A stretch of 64,000 bases of DNA from Candidatus Latescibacterota bacterium (GCA_965223905.1 CBDCXV010000011.1:2016001-2080000); one strand, 5' to 3'. Shown: positions 1 to 10,943, numbered from the stretch's first letter. Program-made: numbers and translations. Notes: generated by a model not told the origin, from the letters alone.

Positions 1-45
1 TACCGCAAAAACTATGAAGACAACACGGGCAACATCCGATTTCAT
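1..45 (-). CDS. 5' end of a gene running off the window (MKSDVARVVFIVFAV..., signal-peptide-like)
   Basis: ATG at 45 preceded by GGAAGGATGGAG; hydrophobic N-terminus like that of the neighbouring gene. Confidence 0.45.
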   Translation of the reverse strand, partial: MKSDVARVVFIVFAV

Positions 46-79
46 TTCTCCCATCCTTCCATTTTTTGCATCTCCTATG

Positions 80-1117
80 CTAACGAATTCGTCGATCCAG
101 GTAGACATTTGCTTCGATCAGCGCACTACCGACTATTGCGTACGTTGCAAGACCAAGTCCTATTTCCAAACCCAGATTAAACTTTTTGGGCATTGGAATC
201 GAAAATCCAGCTCCCAATCGTACATATTCAAAAAAATTGCCAACGTCGCTAGCGGTTTGCAGCAACGAGGCATAACGATAATCTTCCTGGCTCCTTCCTT
301 CCAAGCGAGATCTTCGACGTTCTCCCGCGGCGGTACCTAACCATATCCCTCCAACTCCACCATAGACGAAAGTCCGAGGGATTATTGTATATATGTACCC
401 CGTCAGATCTGCACCTGCCCATGACAACAAACCGCCTTGTTGATCCTCCGTGCCTACCGAAAGATTGACCTGAAAATCCAGGTTTGAATCACGAACGCGT
501 TTTGCAAAAAAAGAAACTCCCCTGTAGGAATACAAACATATATAGAGACAATCATATTGAGGTATGTCAAAAGAGATCCGGCGCCCTGAAATGCCCCCGT
601 ACCACGAATTCTTTTTTGAATTTATGAATTCATTAATCTGTTGATTTTCAACATCAAAAGCGCAGTCGCCTGGGTCCACTATCGGGATGGAAGCCGCAGC
701 GGCCTCCGTCTCGACCGCCACATCGGGCCGCCTACTTTCCCGGTCCGCCGATGTCGGGGGATGTGCGCCCACCAGGACCAGCGTTTGGATACACTGGAGG
801 GTAATTCGCCACAGCCGACCATCTCGTCCCAAGGCAAGGGTCAACGTCTTCTCATCGACCGATTTAATGTAGCCTCTACTCGTAACCGGCGGTCCCCACT
901 CCCCCGATACCGAGTGGGGCATTTCTCGCCCATGGATTATCACGGCAAAGGCACCCACCGGCACCGTGCTGCTATCGATCTCTTCGGTTTCCAGAATCAA
1001 CCCTTCCTGTGCCGCCTCGGCCGGATTACTGGCTGCGCCCGCATGTCCACGTTCAACCGTTGGAAGAACCAAATATACCGTGACAAGAAATCGAAAAGCT
1101 GTTTTCATAATCTCCAT
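80..1117 (-). CDS. hypothetical secreted protein with AT-rich C-terminal half
   Basis: 345-aa ORF, signal-peptide-like N-terminus (MKTAFRFLVTVYLVLP), purine-rich RBS upstream. Confidence 0.6.
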   Translation of the reverse strand: MEIMKTAFRFLVTVYLVLPTVERGHAGAASNPAEAAQEGLILETEEIDSSTVPVGAFAVIIHGREMPHSVSGEWGPPVTSRGYIKSVDEKTLTLALGRDGRLWRITLQCIQTLVLVGAHPPTSADRESRRPDVAVETEAAAASIPIVDPGDCAFDVENQQINEFINSKKNSWYGGISGRRISFDIPQYDCLYICLYSYRGVSFFAKRVRDSNLDFQVNLSVGTEDQQGGLLSWAGADLTGYIYTIIPRTFVYGGVGGIWLGTAAGERRRSRLEGRSQEDYRYASLLQTASDVGNFFEYVRLGAGFSIPMPKKFNLGLEIGLGLATYAIVGSALIEANVYLDRRIR

Positions 1118-1129
1118 CTCCCTTTCTCA

Positions 1130-4040
1130 AGAACCGGGCAGGGCCGTCACCGTCATCTCGTGGGTCGTGTCCGCGGAGACGAAAGACCGTTGTCGGTCGC
1201 CTTCACCGTCACCTCGTAGACATTGTCGCCGCCGGCCTCCCCCGAGGACTCGTAGTGCTGTCGATCTCTCCTGTTCCAAGTATCACCCCGACCCTTGAGT
1301 CGGCTTTGTATCTGGTCGTCCACGCCTCCGGCCACGCCCCCCCGGCCAGCGGTTTGCTCTACCCTGCAGATCGTAGCCGCTGACCGCCTGCTTGATAGCT
1401 CACCCTCACCCGCAGCTTCTGCCCGACGTCGGCCGTTCCCGGCGTGTACCTCGCCGCCGTCGAGTCGTTAATCGCCGCCCACGAAGCCGTCACCTCGGCC
1501 CACCGCTGCCACCGCCACCCCTCGGGATTCACCCTCACGTCGCCGTCCGGATCTCTCAGCTCGGCCCTCAGCGCCTGGCCTACCTCCGGGGACGCCGGCG
1601 ATATGGTCACCGTGCCCGGCTCGTCCTTGGTGGTCACCGGTCACGGCCACGGGGAACGGGGCCGAGAAGTACGCCCCCACGTAGACGGCCTGCAAATCCA
1701 CGCCCGCATCGGCCGTCACCGTAACCGGAAGCGCCACCGCCCGGGTCGCCTTGGCCGACAAGGCCACCTCCACCGACACCGGCGCCCCCCCTTCCTGCGC
1801 CTCGTAGCTCGACGCCCCAAAGGCCACCTGAGGCTGCACCGGCGTCACCAACACCGGATCCGTTAACACACCCTCCGCCGCGGCGGACTTCGCCCGCACC
1901 CTGAACAGATATTCCACCCCGTTCGTCAGGTTTTCTACCCGGATATACCGGATCCTTCGTCCCTCATACTCGATGCGGGCCACGTCTCCGTCGGCCACCT
2001 TGGTCCATTCCATCTTGGCCGGCCTCTTCCTTTTCCCGTAGCGCCAATGGGTAATGCTGGCATCGGCGGAAGCGTCCCATAGCAGCAGCACCGCCTCATG
2101 GTCCGGCCACACCTCGAAACCCGTCGGCGGCGGCAACATCACCCCACGGGTCGGCTCACTCTGAACAAATCGGGAATAGCTGCCCGCATCCGGCACATAC
2201 CGCACCATCGCCCGCAACTGACGACCCAGATCCGCCCGCAACGGCGTGTAGCTGGCCGAGGTCGACGAGCCCGACAGATCCGACCAGGGCGCACTGTCGC
2301 TGTCATTCCGGCCCTGCCACTGCCAGCTCCCAGCGCTCACCCCCTCCAGAGAAGCCGTCAGTGCAACCCCCGGCTGCGGCCTCTTGGTGCTCAACGACAC
2401 CTCCTCCTCGCAATTGCTCAACGTGGTGTTCGTCATCGTCACCGTGCCCGACGTATGGGCCTGCACACAGCCACCCCCGTCCCGGATCGTGGCCCCGCTC
2501 AGATCGGCGCTGCCCCCGCTTTCCACCCGGATGCCCGACCAGGCGGAGGGGGACGGGGAAACAGCATTGCTTGACCGGAAGGTGACCCCCGTGCCCGCGC
2601 CAAGCGTACCCGACACGATCAGCGCCCCCGGGCTGAACGACACCTCCGTTCCCGAACCCAGGCTCAACGTCACCCCCGAAGGGATCGTCACCTCCCCGTC
2701 CACACAGACCGCGCCGCTCCACGTCGTATCCGACGACAGCGAGCCCGACCACTTCGGCGCCAACGCCAAAACCCGCACCGAGTCCCCGGCTCCCGCGTCG
2801 TTGCGCGCCCGAACCTCGAAGTAGTAGGTCGTGCAACTCCCCACCGACAGCGTCAGGCTCGTCGGAAGCGCCTCCTCCGGGGACGGCACCGCCGTCCAGT
2901 CCGACCACGTGCGCTCCCCGCCGCTCAATTGATAGGCGCCCTGACGATACTCATACCCCGTCAACGCCGTGCCCCCATCCGACAACGGCGCATCCCACGA
3001 AAGCTCCACCTGACCGTTCGCACCCGACGCTTCAGGGTTGCGAACCGGGGGCGGCCCCCGGCCCGGCGTCGCCTGAGCCTTTGACGAGTCCCCTGAACCC
3101 ACCGCGTTGACCGCACGCACCTCGAAGGTGTACTCCGTGCCGTTGCTCAGGCTCATCAGCGTGTGGCTCGCCGTCGTCGAATCGCTGTCCGCAATCGCCC
3201 CCCAGTCCGGAGACCACGTGACCGCCCCGTCCGCGCTTTGACGATACTCATACCCCGTCAAAGACGAGCCGTTGTTGAAAGGCGTCTGCCACGTCAGAAC
3301 AACCTGAGCGTCCCCCGGATCCGCTTCCAGGTTGCCCGGCGCATCCGGCTTCCCAACCGGCATCGCCCGCCGGGAGAACGAGACCGCTCCGGCCCGGTAA
3401 CTCCCCGCCGTGAGCTGGTACACCCCCCGCACCTGGAACCCGTAGACTTCCCCGTTCGCCAGGCCCGTGACCGTGTGCGACGTCGTCGACCCCGTGCTGC
3501 CGGGCACGTCCTGCCACTCCCCCCACGAGCCGAGGCCCCGCTGCTGCCGATACTGCCACTCCTCGAGCCTGTCGTGGCCCGGGCTGTCCCAGCTCAGCGT
3601 CACCTGACCGTCGCCGGCCTGCGCCCGCAAGGGTACCACCGCCACCGAGTCCGACGCCACGCCCGGCACCCCGTCCGCGTTGACCAGCCGCACGCGGATC
3701 TGGTGCACCACCGTGTCGGCCAGGCCCGACACCCGCACCGTGTCCCCTGCCGCCTCCACCCGCACCGGGGTCGCCGCCGCTCCACCACCGGAGGCGCCCC
3801 TGGCGCCGCTGGCCCCGGAGGCGCCACTCCCTCCGCCTGCCGGGGCGCGGGCCTTGACAAATAGCCCCACCTCGCCGCCGCTGTTCACCTGAGCCTCGAA
3901 ACCGAGCGCCGGGAGGGCAGTGCCGGATAACGGCTCGAACTCCTCCCGCCCGCAAGGCGGGCGCAGGCAATCCAAGACGATGAACTCCATCTTCCAGTTG
4001 GTCGCCGATTCCTCCGAGGATTGCTCCGACAGGTGCGCGC
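1130..4040 (-). pseudogene. fragmented large surface protein: several fibronectin type III repeats, beta-helix-like segment, Calx-beta-like and cadherin-like fragments
   Basis: FN3 motifs 'GDGQVTLSW...YRQ...LANGEVYGFQVRGV' and 'LSNGTEYTFEVRAVNAVG'; 'VAFGASSYEAQEG' (Calx-beta-like); 'DNVYEVTVKATD' (cadherin-like); spread over ORFs 1468-4167, 1359-1637, 1153-1335; no proper start. Confidence 0.75.
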
Positions 4041-4831
4041 CGCCGCCGCGCCGGGAGACTCCGGTACCAGCGAACGAACTCAACCTTCCCGGCATCCTTG
4101 AAAAACCGGGCCGGGTTTTCCGCCAGCACCTCGCTGGCCGTGTCCACCATCGGTCTCGACTCCACACACGTCACCGTCGCCGAACCCAGCCGCTGCGTGC
4201 GCACGATGCCGGCTGCCTCCAGGGCGCGTCCCATGGGTGTTCGGTCGTAGTAGGGAAAAGGGGGCTCGACCGAGAACTCGCTCCAGTACGGCTCGATGAA
4301 GACGCACTGCTGGTAGTGGAACATCGTGTTGACCTCCCAGTCGACACCCAGGAGCACGAGGGTGGCGTCGAGGTCGTAAAATCGCTGCCACGGGCTTTCG
4401 TGGCCGAAGGCCAGCTCCCCCCAGGGGCTCGGTCGTCCCTTCCCGCGGTCGTGCCCGGTCGTTATCTCCTCCGCCCGCGCCCCGATAGCCGCGACACTGT
4501 GGGTTGGATTGTTGCTGCGCCGCGCCTCGGCGCGCAGTCGAGCGGTTTCGGTGATGCGTCCGACCTCGGAAGGGGTCCGCTGAACATCGAACGGCGGCCG
4601 CGGCCCCTGGGCGGCGTAGACGATGGTGGGAACACAGAACGTTCCTGCCGGACCGAGGACGTGCAGGAACGCATCGATGACGGTATCGGCCCCGCCTTCC
4701 ACGTACCCCATGCTGCTGAGCGAGCTGTGGATGTAGACGACGCCGCCGTCACCGATGCTCAACTGCCGCAGGGCGCCCGCGATATCTTCGAAGGTTACCA
4801 GCGGTCCGTCCGGAATGCGCCCGCCTGCCAT
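4040..4831 (-). CDS. AAC(3)/YokD-family N-acetyltransferase; 3' end runs into the adhesin remnant without its own stop (boundary approximate)
   Basis: motifs 'VYIHSSLSSMGYVEGGA', 'RRSNNPTHSVAAIG', 'SPWQRFYDLDATLVLLGV...NTMFH'. Confidence 0.8.
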
Positions 4832-5003
4832 TGCGCCCCCCTTTCGCGTTCAACTGGATTGCTTCGATCGATCCAAACTTCGGCTCTGCGCCTGTTCTGA
4901 CATAGGCCGTAAGGAATTCGCTCCGGCCTTGATTGCCAACTATAGTTGGCGTCTCTAATTTCTACTGCAACCATGCGTAGCAGCACCAGGATAGGGTCTT
5001 AGG

Positions 5004-5333
5004 ATGGCTGCAGAGAAACATGTCATTTTCTACCGGGATGCGGCCGGGAAGGAGCCGTTCAACGACTGGTTGAAAAGCCTGCGCGACGCACGGGCAAGGC
5101 GCCGAATTCTGAGCCGTTTGTTGCGTGTCGAAAGTGGAAACTATGGCGATTGCAGATCGCTCAAGGAGGGTGTTTTTGAGTTGCGCTTTTTCTTTGGCCC
5201 CGGCTACCGCGCGTATTTCGGAGAAGTTGGAGACACGATAGTTGTGCTGCTGTGCGGGGGAGACAAGAGCAGTCAGCTCCAGGATGTTGCGAAAGCAAGA
5301 GCATATTGGAAGGAGTATTTGAGCCATGTCTAA
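5004..5333 (+). CDS. RelE/ParE-superfamily toxin (HigB-like addiction module killer)
   Basis: 'GNYGDCRSLKEGVFELRFFFGPGYRAYF...LLCGGDKSSQ'; overlaps downstream antitoxin. Confidence 0.9.
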   Translation: MAAEKHVIFYRDAAGKEPFNDWLKSLRDARARRRILSRLLRVESGNYGDCRSLKEGVFELRFFFGPGYRAYFGEVGDTIVVLLCGGDKSSQLQDVAKARAYWKEYLSHV

Positions 5334-5643
5334 GTACAGGACGTTGGGACAAGTGACCGAGCAGTATTTCAGAGAGCACCCCGAGGAGATAGAGGACTTT
5401 CTGACGGAGAACTTCGAGGAGTACGCCGCGGATGGCGATTCCGCGGCGTTGCTGTCTGCGTTGCGAATCGTTGCCCGCGTCAGGAGCCTGTCTGCGCTAG
5501 CCGATGAAGTCGGGATGACTCGTCATGGATTGCAGAAAGCGCTCTCTTCCAAAGGGAATCCGCGCCTCGACAACATCAACTCGATAATGCGGGCGATGGG
5601 ATACCGACTTATGCCGCAGAAGGTGGCGGAACGCGCTGAGTAA
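5326..5643 (+). CDS. HTH addiction module antitoxin (HigA/HI1420-like)
   Basis: 'ALADEVGMTRHGLQKALSSKGNPRLDNINSIMRAMG'. Confidence 0.9.
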   Translation: MSKYRTLGQVTEQYFREHPEEIEDFLTENFEEYAADGDSAALLSALRIVARVRSLSALADEVGMTRHGLQKALSSKGNPRLDNINSIMRAMGYRLMPQKVAERAE

Positions 5644-5678
5644 GTGGATACACCGCTGGTTCAGCGCCTGTGGTTCAG

Positions 5679-6470
5679 CTAATCCGGGTCGCTCCCCACT
5701 GCGTCGAGGCGCGCCATCTCCTCGGCTCCCAACTGCCAGTCGAACAAATCGAGATTGGCGCGCAAATGTGCCGTTGAGCTGGCCTTGGGGATGACGACCA
5801 TGTCTTTTTGCAAAAGCCACTTCATGGCCACCTGTGCCGGGGTTTTGCCGTGTTCGGCGGCCACCTGTTTCAGAGCCTTGTCCCGGGCCAGCTCGCCCTG
5901 GGCCAGCGGGCGGTGCGCGGTCAGCACCACATCGTGGGCATGGCAGTGGCGGCGCAGTTTTTCGCGGTTGTGGCGCAGGTGGTATTCCACCTGGTTGGTG
6001 CAGATGGGCAAACCGGTGGCGGCCCGGGCCCGGTCGGTCTGCTCGATGCTGAAGTTGCTGATACCAATGCTGCGGGCCTGGCCGGCCCGGTGGATCTTCT
6101 CGAAGGCGGCCAGGGTGCGCTCCACCGGCACGCCCTGACCGGGGTGGTGGATGAGCAGGAGGTCGACGTATCCGGTCCGCAGATCGCGCAGAATCTCCTC
6201 CATCTGCTCCAGGGTCGACTCGTACTCCAGGTGCGAATGCCAGATCTTGGAGGTGATGAAGAGCCGGTCGCGGTCGGCTCCCACCTCCTTCAGGGTGCGG
6301 CCGATGGCATCCTGGTTCTGGTACATCCAGGCCGAATCCAGGTGCGTATAGCCCAGTTCGAGGGCCTCTTCGACCACGGCCTGGCACTGCTTTCCGCGCA
6401 ACAGCCAGGTGCCCAGGCCCAGTTGCGGGATGGCGTGGCCCGAGGCCAAGGTAACGTTCGGCACGCTCAT
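5679..6470 (-). CDS. aldo/keto reductase (2,5-DKG reductase-like)
   Basis: 'IPQLGLGTW', 'HLDSAWMYQN', 'LFITSK', 'IGISNF', 'VIPKASS'; start MSVPNV at 6470 with AGGAGG RBS. Confidence 0.92.
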   Translation of the reverse strand: MSVPNVTLASGHAIPQLGLGTWLLRGKQCQAVVEEALELGYTHLDSAWMYQNQDAIGRTLKEVGADRDRLFITSKIWHSHLEYESTLEQMEEILRDLRTGYVDLLLIHHPGQGVPVERTLAAFEKIHRAGQARSIGISNFSIEQTDRARAATGLPICTNQVEYHLRHNREKLRRHCHAHDVVLTAHRPLAQGELARDKALKQVAAEHGKTPAQVAMKWLLQKDMVVIPKASSTAHLRANLDLFDWQLGAEEMARLDAVGSDPD

Positions 6471-6525
6471 GTTGATCCTCCTGCCCCTCCTCGCTGGATG
6501 GCCGCTGGAAGTTACTGGTCGAAGG

Positions 6526-7707
6526 TCAGGCGCACGCGGGCGCAGAACACGTCGACACGCGCCAGTCGCTGGGCGTTCGCACACACCGGTCTGAACCGCG
6601 TTCCTCGGCGATGGTTTCGCCGCCGGCATGGACGACGCGTTCGACTCCCTGCCAATCCTCCGGAATGCGCAGCATGTGGGCCTGGTAGTTCACTTCCACC
6701 GTGTGCCGCGCCGACAGGGCCCCGAAGCGGGGCACGCCCAAGAGCGGTCCGGCCATCATGGTGTCCATGACCCTGTGTGCCAGGGCGACCGAGCCGAACT
6801 CGACACCCCATGCAATCGTCCTGTTGCTGTAAGGGAGGAACTCGGCGGCCTCGTGCTCGTACCACAAGGTGGTCCAGGGAAATACCTCATGGGGAAAGAC
6901 GTACACGAGCAATAATCCGAGCCGGGGATTCGAGACCGCGGTAAACGCGTAGTCTCCCTCCGGTTCGAGAAGGACCGTGGCCACCGCCATGTAGCGATCC
7001 TCCGGATAGCGGCTCAGGTCGGCGGTGCCGCGATCGCCCTGAAGCAGAGCCCCAGGCCAGTCGAAAGACTGGTCCGGCAGCAGGGGGTCGGTGTCGTGGA
7101 TGGCGACCGGATTCGTCTGTCCCCTCCTTGCCGGCAGGTCGAGGCGGGTCAGGCCCCCTTCGACAAAAGGGGGTCCCATCGTCACGTGCTGCTGGCAGAA
7201 GAACGGGGCGTCCGAGCGCCGCAGGTTGGTCGTGCGCTCCCTGATGTAGAGGGTCGATTCGCCCGGTCGTATCTCCAGGGTGCGGAGAAAGCGCATCCGC
7301 GCATCCGGCAGGTCGAGGCCGTAATCGAGGCGGGCACTGCCCGCATCGGCCTGTTGGGCGAACACCGTCCAGGGCAGATTGGACGCTTCCCCGTGGTGAT
7401 ATCCGCCGGCTGCCTCTTCCGCTTCGCTGATGTCGCCGAAATGATTGAGACAGAGCGAGTGGCCGGCGAGCGAAGCGAGCAGACGCCCCTCACCGGGACC
7501 GTAGATTTCCAGATGCTTCTGCGGATCCCAGGCCTCCGGCTCGATCAACGGCCAGGGCGGTTCCCACAGCGGGTTCACATCGACATCCGGGCGGCGCAGA
7601 CTCGCCAGGTGTCCGCAGCCGGTCAGCGCGGTCACCTGCAACGCATCGCTCTCGAGACGAATCGCCTGGCGGTCGCGGAAGGTAGTGGTGTCGCATGTCA
7701 GATTCAC
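6526..7707 (-). CDS. hypothetical protein, possible galactose-mutarotase/aldose-epimerase-like fold
   Basis: 393-aa ORF; 'HHGEA', 'QQHVT', 'WGVEFG' motifs typical of that superfamily. Confidence 0.55.
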   Translation of the reverse strand: MNLTCDTTTFRDRQAIRLESDALQVTALTGCGHLASLRRPDVDVNPLWEPPWPLIEPEAWDPQKHLEIYGPGEGRLLASLAGHSLCLNHFGDISEAEEAAGGYHHGEASNLPWTVFAQQADAGSARLDYGLDLPDARMRFLRTLEIRPGESTLYIRERTTNLRRSDAPFFCQQHVTMGPPFVEGGLTRLDLPARRGQTNPVAIHDTDPLLPDQSFDWPGALLQGDRGTADLSRYPEDRYMAVATVLLEPEGDYAFTAVSNPRLGLLLVYVFPHEVFPWTTLWYEHEAAEFLPYSNRTIAWGVEFGSVALAHRVMDTMMAGPLLGVPRFGALSARHTVEVNYQAHMLRIPEDWQGVERVVHAGGETIAEERGSDRCVRTPSDWRVSTCSAPACA

Positions 7708-7932
7708 TGCACTCTTCTCCGGTCTGGATGTATCGCTTTCGAATCGGTCACCCTCGCCCCACCAGTTTATGGAAACAGCAGACGAACGCCACTGTGCCGG
7801 GAATATTGTTGCCGCCTGTACTCCAGCTCGATGCAGCCGCGGTATCCGCCTGGATCCATGACCTTGAACAGCCGCTTCCGGTCGAGCGTGCTATCGGCCA
7901 GGCTGGTGCTTCAGCTGCCACAAGCCCCGCCT

Positions 7933-9345
7933 TCATACAAACAGCTCTTGTACCAGCGTCCGAGCCTGCTCGACCACTGTTTCGAGGCAACCGGGGGCGA
8001 GCTTGGCCCAGTAGGTAACGTCTTCGTTGGCCTCGTGTCCGCCTCGGGCGCAGGCCTCCCGCGTCGGCAGGTAGCCGACATAGTGGGTCGTGAGGTGAGC
8101 TGGAAAGAGAAAAGGCGCCGCCGAGTTCGTTTTGAGCGCGAGCTGTCCTTCGACAAAAGGTTCCCCGGGCAGGCCGACTACGCCGAGGTCGCCGATGCGG
8201 AAAGCCTGGATTTCATAGGGGAACTCGGCGTCCCGCTGCCGGCACAGCTCGACGCTGCGGGTCGATGCGGCCCGGAACCAGCGCGGATCCACTTCGCCGT
8301 TTGCCCCGCGCGGCGGTTGTGGACTCTCAGCGAGAATCGCGTTGACCTCGCGCAAGCGCCCGGCCGGAATCTCGCGGAAGGGCAGGCCGACCTTTTCGAC
8401 CCTGCAAGCCAACGCAGCGTTGTCGGCAAACGCCATAGCGTGAACGATTCGTTCGCTCATCCGGGCCAGTTCGCGCCCCATCCGCCGGTGGTCCGGCAGG
8501 AAATCCGGGTCGAAGGGATGCCAGGGGTTGATGTTGCCGCAACAGCCGTTGACGACCAACGGCACGGCGCCGGAGCCGAACCGCTGCTGCATCTCCCGCG
8601 TCCAGGCGCCGGGCCAATCCGCCGACACGGCCCGGTAGGTCTCCGGGCACCCGAACGCATTGACCGGGTGACAGGTGTAGTGCAGGAGAAAGGCCAGCGG
8701 CTTCATGTCCATGTCCTGGACGCAGCAGACGCCGACTTCAGGATCAATCGGCCCTTCGAGGTAGCAGATATCCGCGTTCCCGAACGGCTGTTCCTCCCGG
8801 CCCCGGGGCTTGGGCATGGCGATGGTGCCGTCCCGGCGTATGCCGCGGCGATTGAAAGCCAGGTCCCCCAACACGCCGCGCCCCAGACCGATGCGCACGG
8901 GTTGCAGCCTGGCCACTGCTTCAACCGCTGCCTCCACCGCGGCGGCAGCGGCCCGGTTGCCGTAGGCGCGCTCGGCCCCACGCAGATACTCGGTCTCCTT
9001 TGTGGTTTCCAAGGGGAAATCCGGATCCAGCAAAAAGCAGCCGAGGCTCGGGGCCGAGTGCGTCTGGGTCGCCTGGACCATGATCGCCTCGGGCGGGATG
9101 CCCGTTTCCTCGCCGATGGCAGCGCGGATCTGGTCCGTGTAGTCGCCGGTGACCATGGTGAGATCCAGGATCACCATGCAGACGCGCCGCTCGCGGGCTT
9201 CGAAGACTATGGCCTTGGCAAAGAGCGGGTCCATCACGGCCTGGGCCGGGCGGTGCTCTCCGGCCCCGCTGCCTGCCAGGTGCGTACCTGCGGGCGGGGT
9301 GATGTCCTTCATCGCCGCGCCGGCTCTCAGGGTGGTCTCGTGCAT
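7933..9345 (-). CDS. neutral/alkaline ceramidase N-terminal-domain family hydrolase
   Basis: 'DITPPAGTHLAG', 'DPLFAKA', 'ATQTHSAP', 'YTCHP', 'GCCGNI', 'GLPGEPF'. Confidence 0.8.
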   Translation of the reverse strand: MHETTLRAGAAMKDITPPAGTHLAGSGAGEHRPAQAVMDPLFAKAIVFEARERRVCMVILDLTMVTGDYTDQIRAAIGEETGIPPEAIMVQATQTHSAPSLGCFLLDPDFPLETTKETEYLRGAERAYGNRAAAAAVEAAVEAVARLQPVRIGLGRGVLGDLAFNRRGIRRDGTIAMPKPRGREEQPFGNADICYLEGPIDPEVGVCCVQDMDMKPLAFLLHYTCHPVNAFGCPETYRAVSADWPGAWTREMQQRFGSGAVPLVVNGCCGNINPWHPFDPDFLPDHRRMGRELARMSERIVHAMAFADNAALACRVEKVGLPFREIPAGRLREVNAILAESPQPPRGANGEVDPRWFRAASTRSVELCRQRDAEFPYEIQAFRIGDLGVVGLPGEPFVEGQLALKTNSAAPFLFPAHLTTHYVGYLPTREACARGGHEANEDVTYWAKLAPGCLETVVEQARTLVQELFV

Positions 9346-9669
9346 GGTTTTCCGTCTGGCGCCAAGGGCGTATAAAGCGCAGAATAGGCACGGCGTGGGT
9401 CAGCGCTCTGATCCAAAGGACAGGATAACTGGATTTTAGCTGGTTTGGGAAGGATCCAGCCGGTCGCGCGAAAATGTGTGTTGTTCGGCCTGAGGAGAAA
9501 TTGAGGGAGGGCACACAGAATTGGAACGAGAAGGTTCTCTTTGAACGGCTGGCGGAGGAGGCCATCAACCTGGATCAACCGGTATTCTTGCTAGAGTCCA
9601 CCGGCCCATCTGCTGCGCTATAAATGACCGAAGAGCATTATTTTTGCCCTTTCAGGAATATGTGGTGCT

Positions 9670-9885
9670 TCACGCTTCAATCGGGGTCAGATGAAACACA
9701 CGAGACATCCGAGCCGCGTGCTCTAGATCACCCTTCCTTAGAGCCTCACGAACATCATCCAGCTTTTCAGCGTCCCTAACTGAAAGGTAGGGCGGCCATC
9801 CGGCGTCCCCATCGATCAGCTCCACCTCCACCTCCGCAGCATATTCCCCTGCGCGCACCAGTTTCGTAGTCACTCTGTTCGTCAT
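9670..9885 (-). CDS. putative antitoxin partner of DUF4258 toxin
   Basis: 71 aa MTNRVTTKLVRAGEYAAEVEVELI...; ATGA overlap with upstream gene. Confidence 0.7.
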   Translation of the reverse strand: MTNRVTTKLVRAGEYAAEVEVELIDGDAGWPPYLSVRDAEKLDDVREALRKGDLEHAARMSRVFHLTPIEA

Positions 9886-10208
9886 GTTCGTCTCCTGAGG
9901 AAACCCTCGTCCCAATCCTGTCTGTTGGGGCGATAGGCCGTCACTACGACGGCGGGTGAAGTGTATCCAGCTGGGATGCCCCACACAATGTGTATTGCTT
10001 GTCTTGTACGGTCATGCTGCAATACGAGAACACAGGGGCCTTTAGCGTAATGTGGATAATCTTCAACGACAATCGCATCTTCTACACCTTCAATAACATC
10101 GCGCACCCTAATGCCGTCCGCCGCAATTTCATCGTATCCATGGGCCGACACTCTTACTTCGCCTTTGCGCACTAACTGTTTCACAGTATCAAGTGTTTCG
10201 CCTGCCAC
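9882..10208 (-). CDS. DUF4258-family putative toxin (start uncertain)
   Basis: 'VSAHGYDE...VVEDYP..KGPCVLVL...IHIVWG...VVTAYRP..W'. Confidence 0.8.
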   Translation of the reverse strand: MAGETLDTVKQLVRKGEVRVSAHGYDEIAADGIRVRDVIEGVEDAIVVEDYPHYAKGPCVLVLQHDRTRQAIHIVWGIPAGYTSPAVVVTAYRPNRQDWDEGFLRRRT

Positions 10209-10265
10209 TTCGTCATCTCCAGAATAGGCGGACATGGGTTGCCGCCCCTACCGGCGCATATGTCA

Positions 10266-10354
10266 ACATAATGTCTTGGCCACTGGCGACGCTGCTCGTA
10301 GGGCGGCGGTCGCGGGGGGCCGAAGGCCCGGAGCCCCCAGTGGACCTGTTATGT
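10266..10354 (-). mobile_element. integron attC site A (R' core degenerate)
   Basis: minus strand ACATAAC-AGGTCCACTGG...CCAGTGGCCAAGAC-ATTATGT; homologous to sites B and C. Confidence 0.75.
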
Positions 10355-10368
10355 GGAAGCCCCGCCCT

Positions 10369-10943
10369 TCATGCAACGCTGGGCGAGAGCCGCCTCTTTA
10401 TGTCCTGCAATTCCGGAACGGCTCGCAGTAGCGCCCCAACGGCGGTAGAGAAGTAGGTCTCCAGAACCGGAAAGAAAGGCGTTCCCCTCAGATCGCGCAG
10501 CTGATCGGGGTGCTTGCCACGCGCATGTAGCGTCCCAAGGACGAAGATCTCGACAACATCTCGATATGTAAGGTAAGGTTACGTGTGTCTTCGATCGCGA
10601 TGTTTGTCGGGTGATCAAGTAAGGCGTTGAGATCGGCTCGAAGTGCTTGAAAGCGCTCTCGGATTTCTGGCGCCACGTTGAGCTGCTCGTACAACGTCCC
10701 CACCTTTCGCAACGAGATACGATCCCTCCCGTCGCGGATGAGCAACCGAAGATTAGGGATCACCGTGTTGCGCGATTTCTCCGATGGACCTTCAAAGATC
10801 GACTCCCAACCGCGTTCTCGGTCAAACACGATGAGTGCTCCGCCGTTGTCGGTCACGAACTCCTTGGTCGCGCCGAAACTCGCTATCCGATCCAGCCTCT
10901 CGCGAAACAGCTCTATCGTTTCAAGTGCCTTGGTTTTCGGCAT
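10369..10943 (-). pseudogene. gene cassette ORF of unknown function, frameshifted by a 5-bp duplication
   Basis: removing one CTTAC copy at ~10568-10577 gives a ~189-aa ORF (…NLTYRDVVEIFVLGTLHA…SPSVA*) filling the cassette. Confidence 0.7.

Noticed and set aside
4040-4831. Aminoglycoside resistance gene
   Set aside because: The AAC(3)/YokD family includes many non-resistance members; function cannot be inferred from these motifs
7096-9375. Long antisense or alternate-frame ORFs (also 50475-52991, 55814-57823, 15078-16220 and others)
   Set aside because: Shadow ORFs of high-GC genes with recognisable products on the other strand or frame
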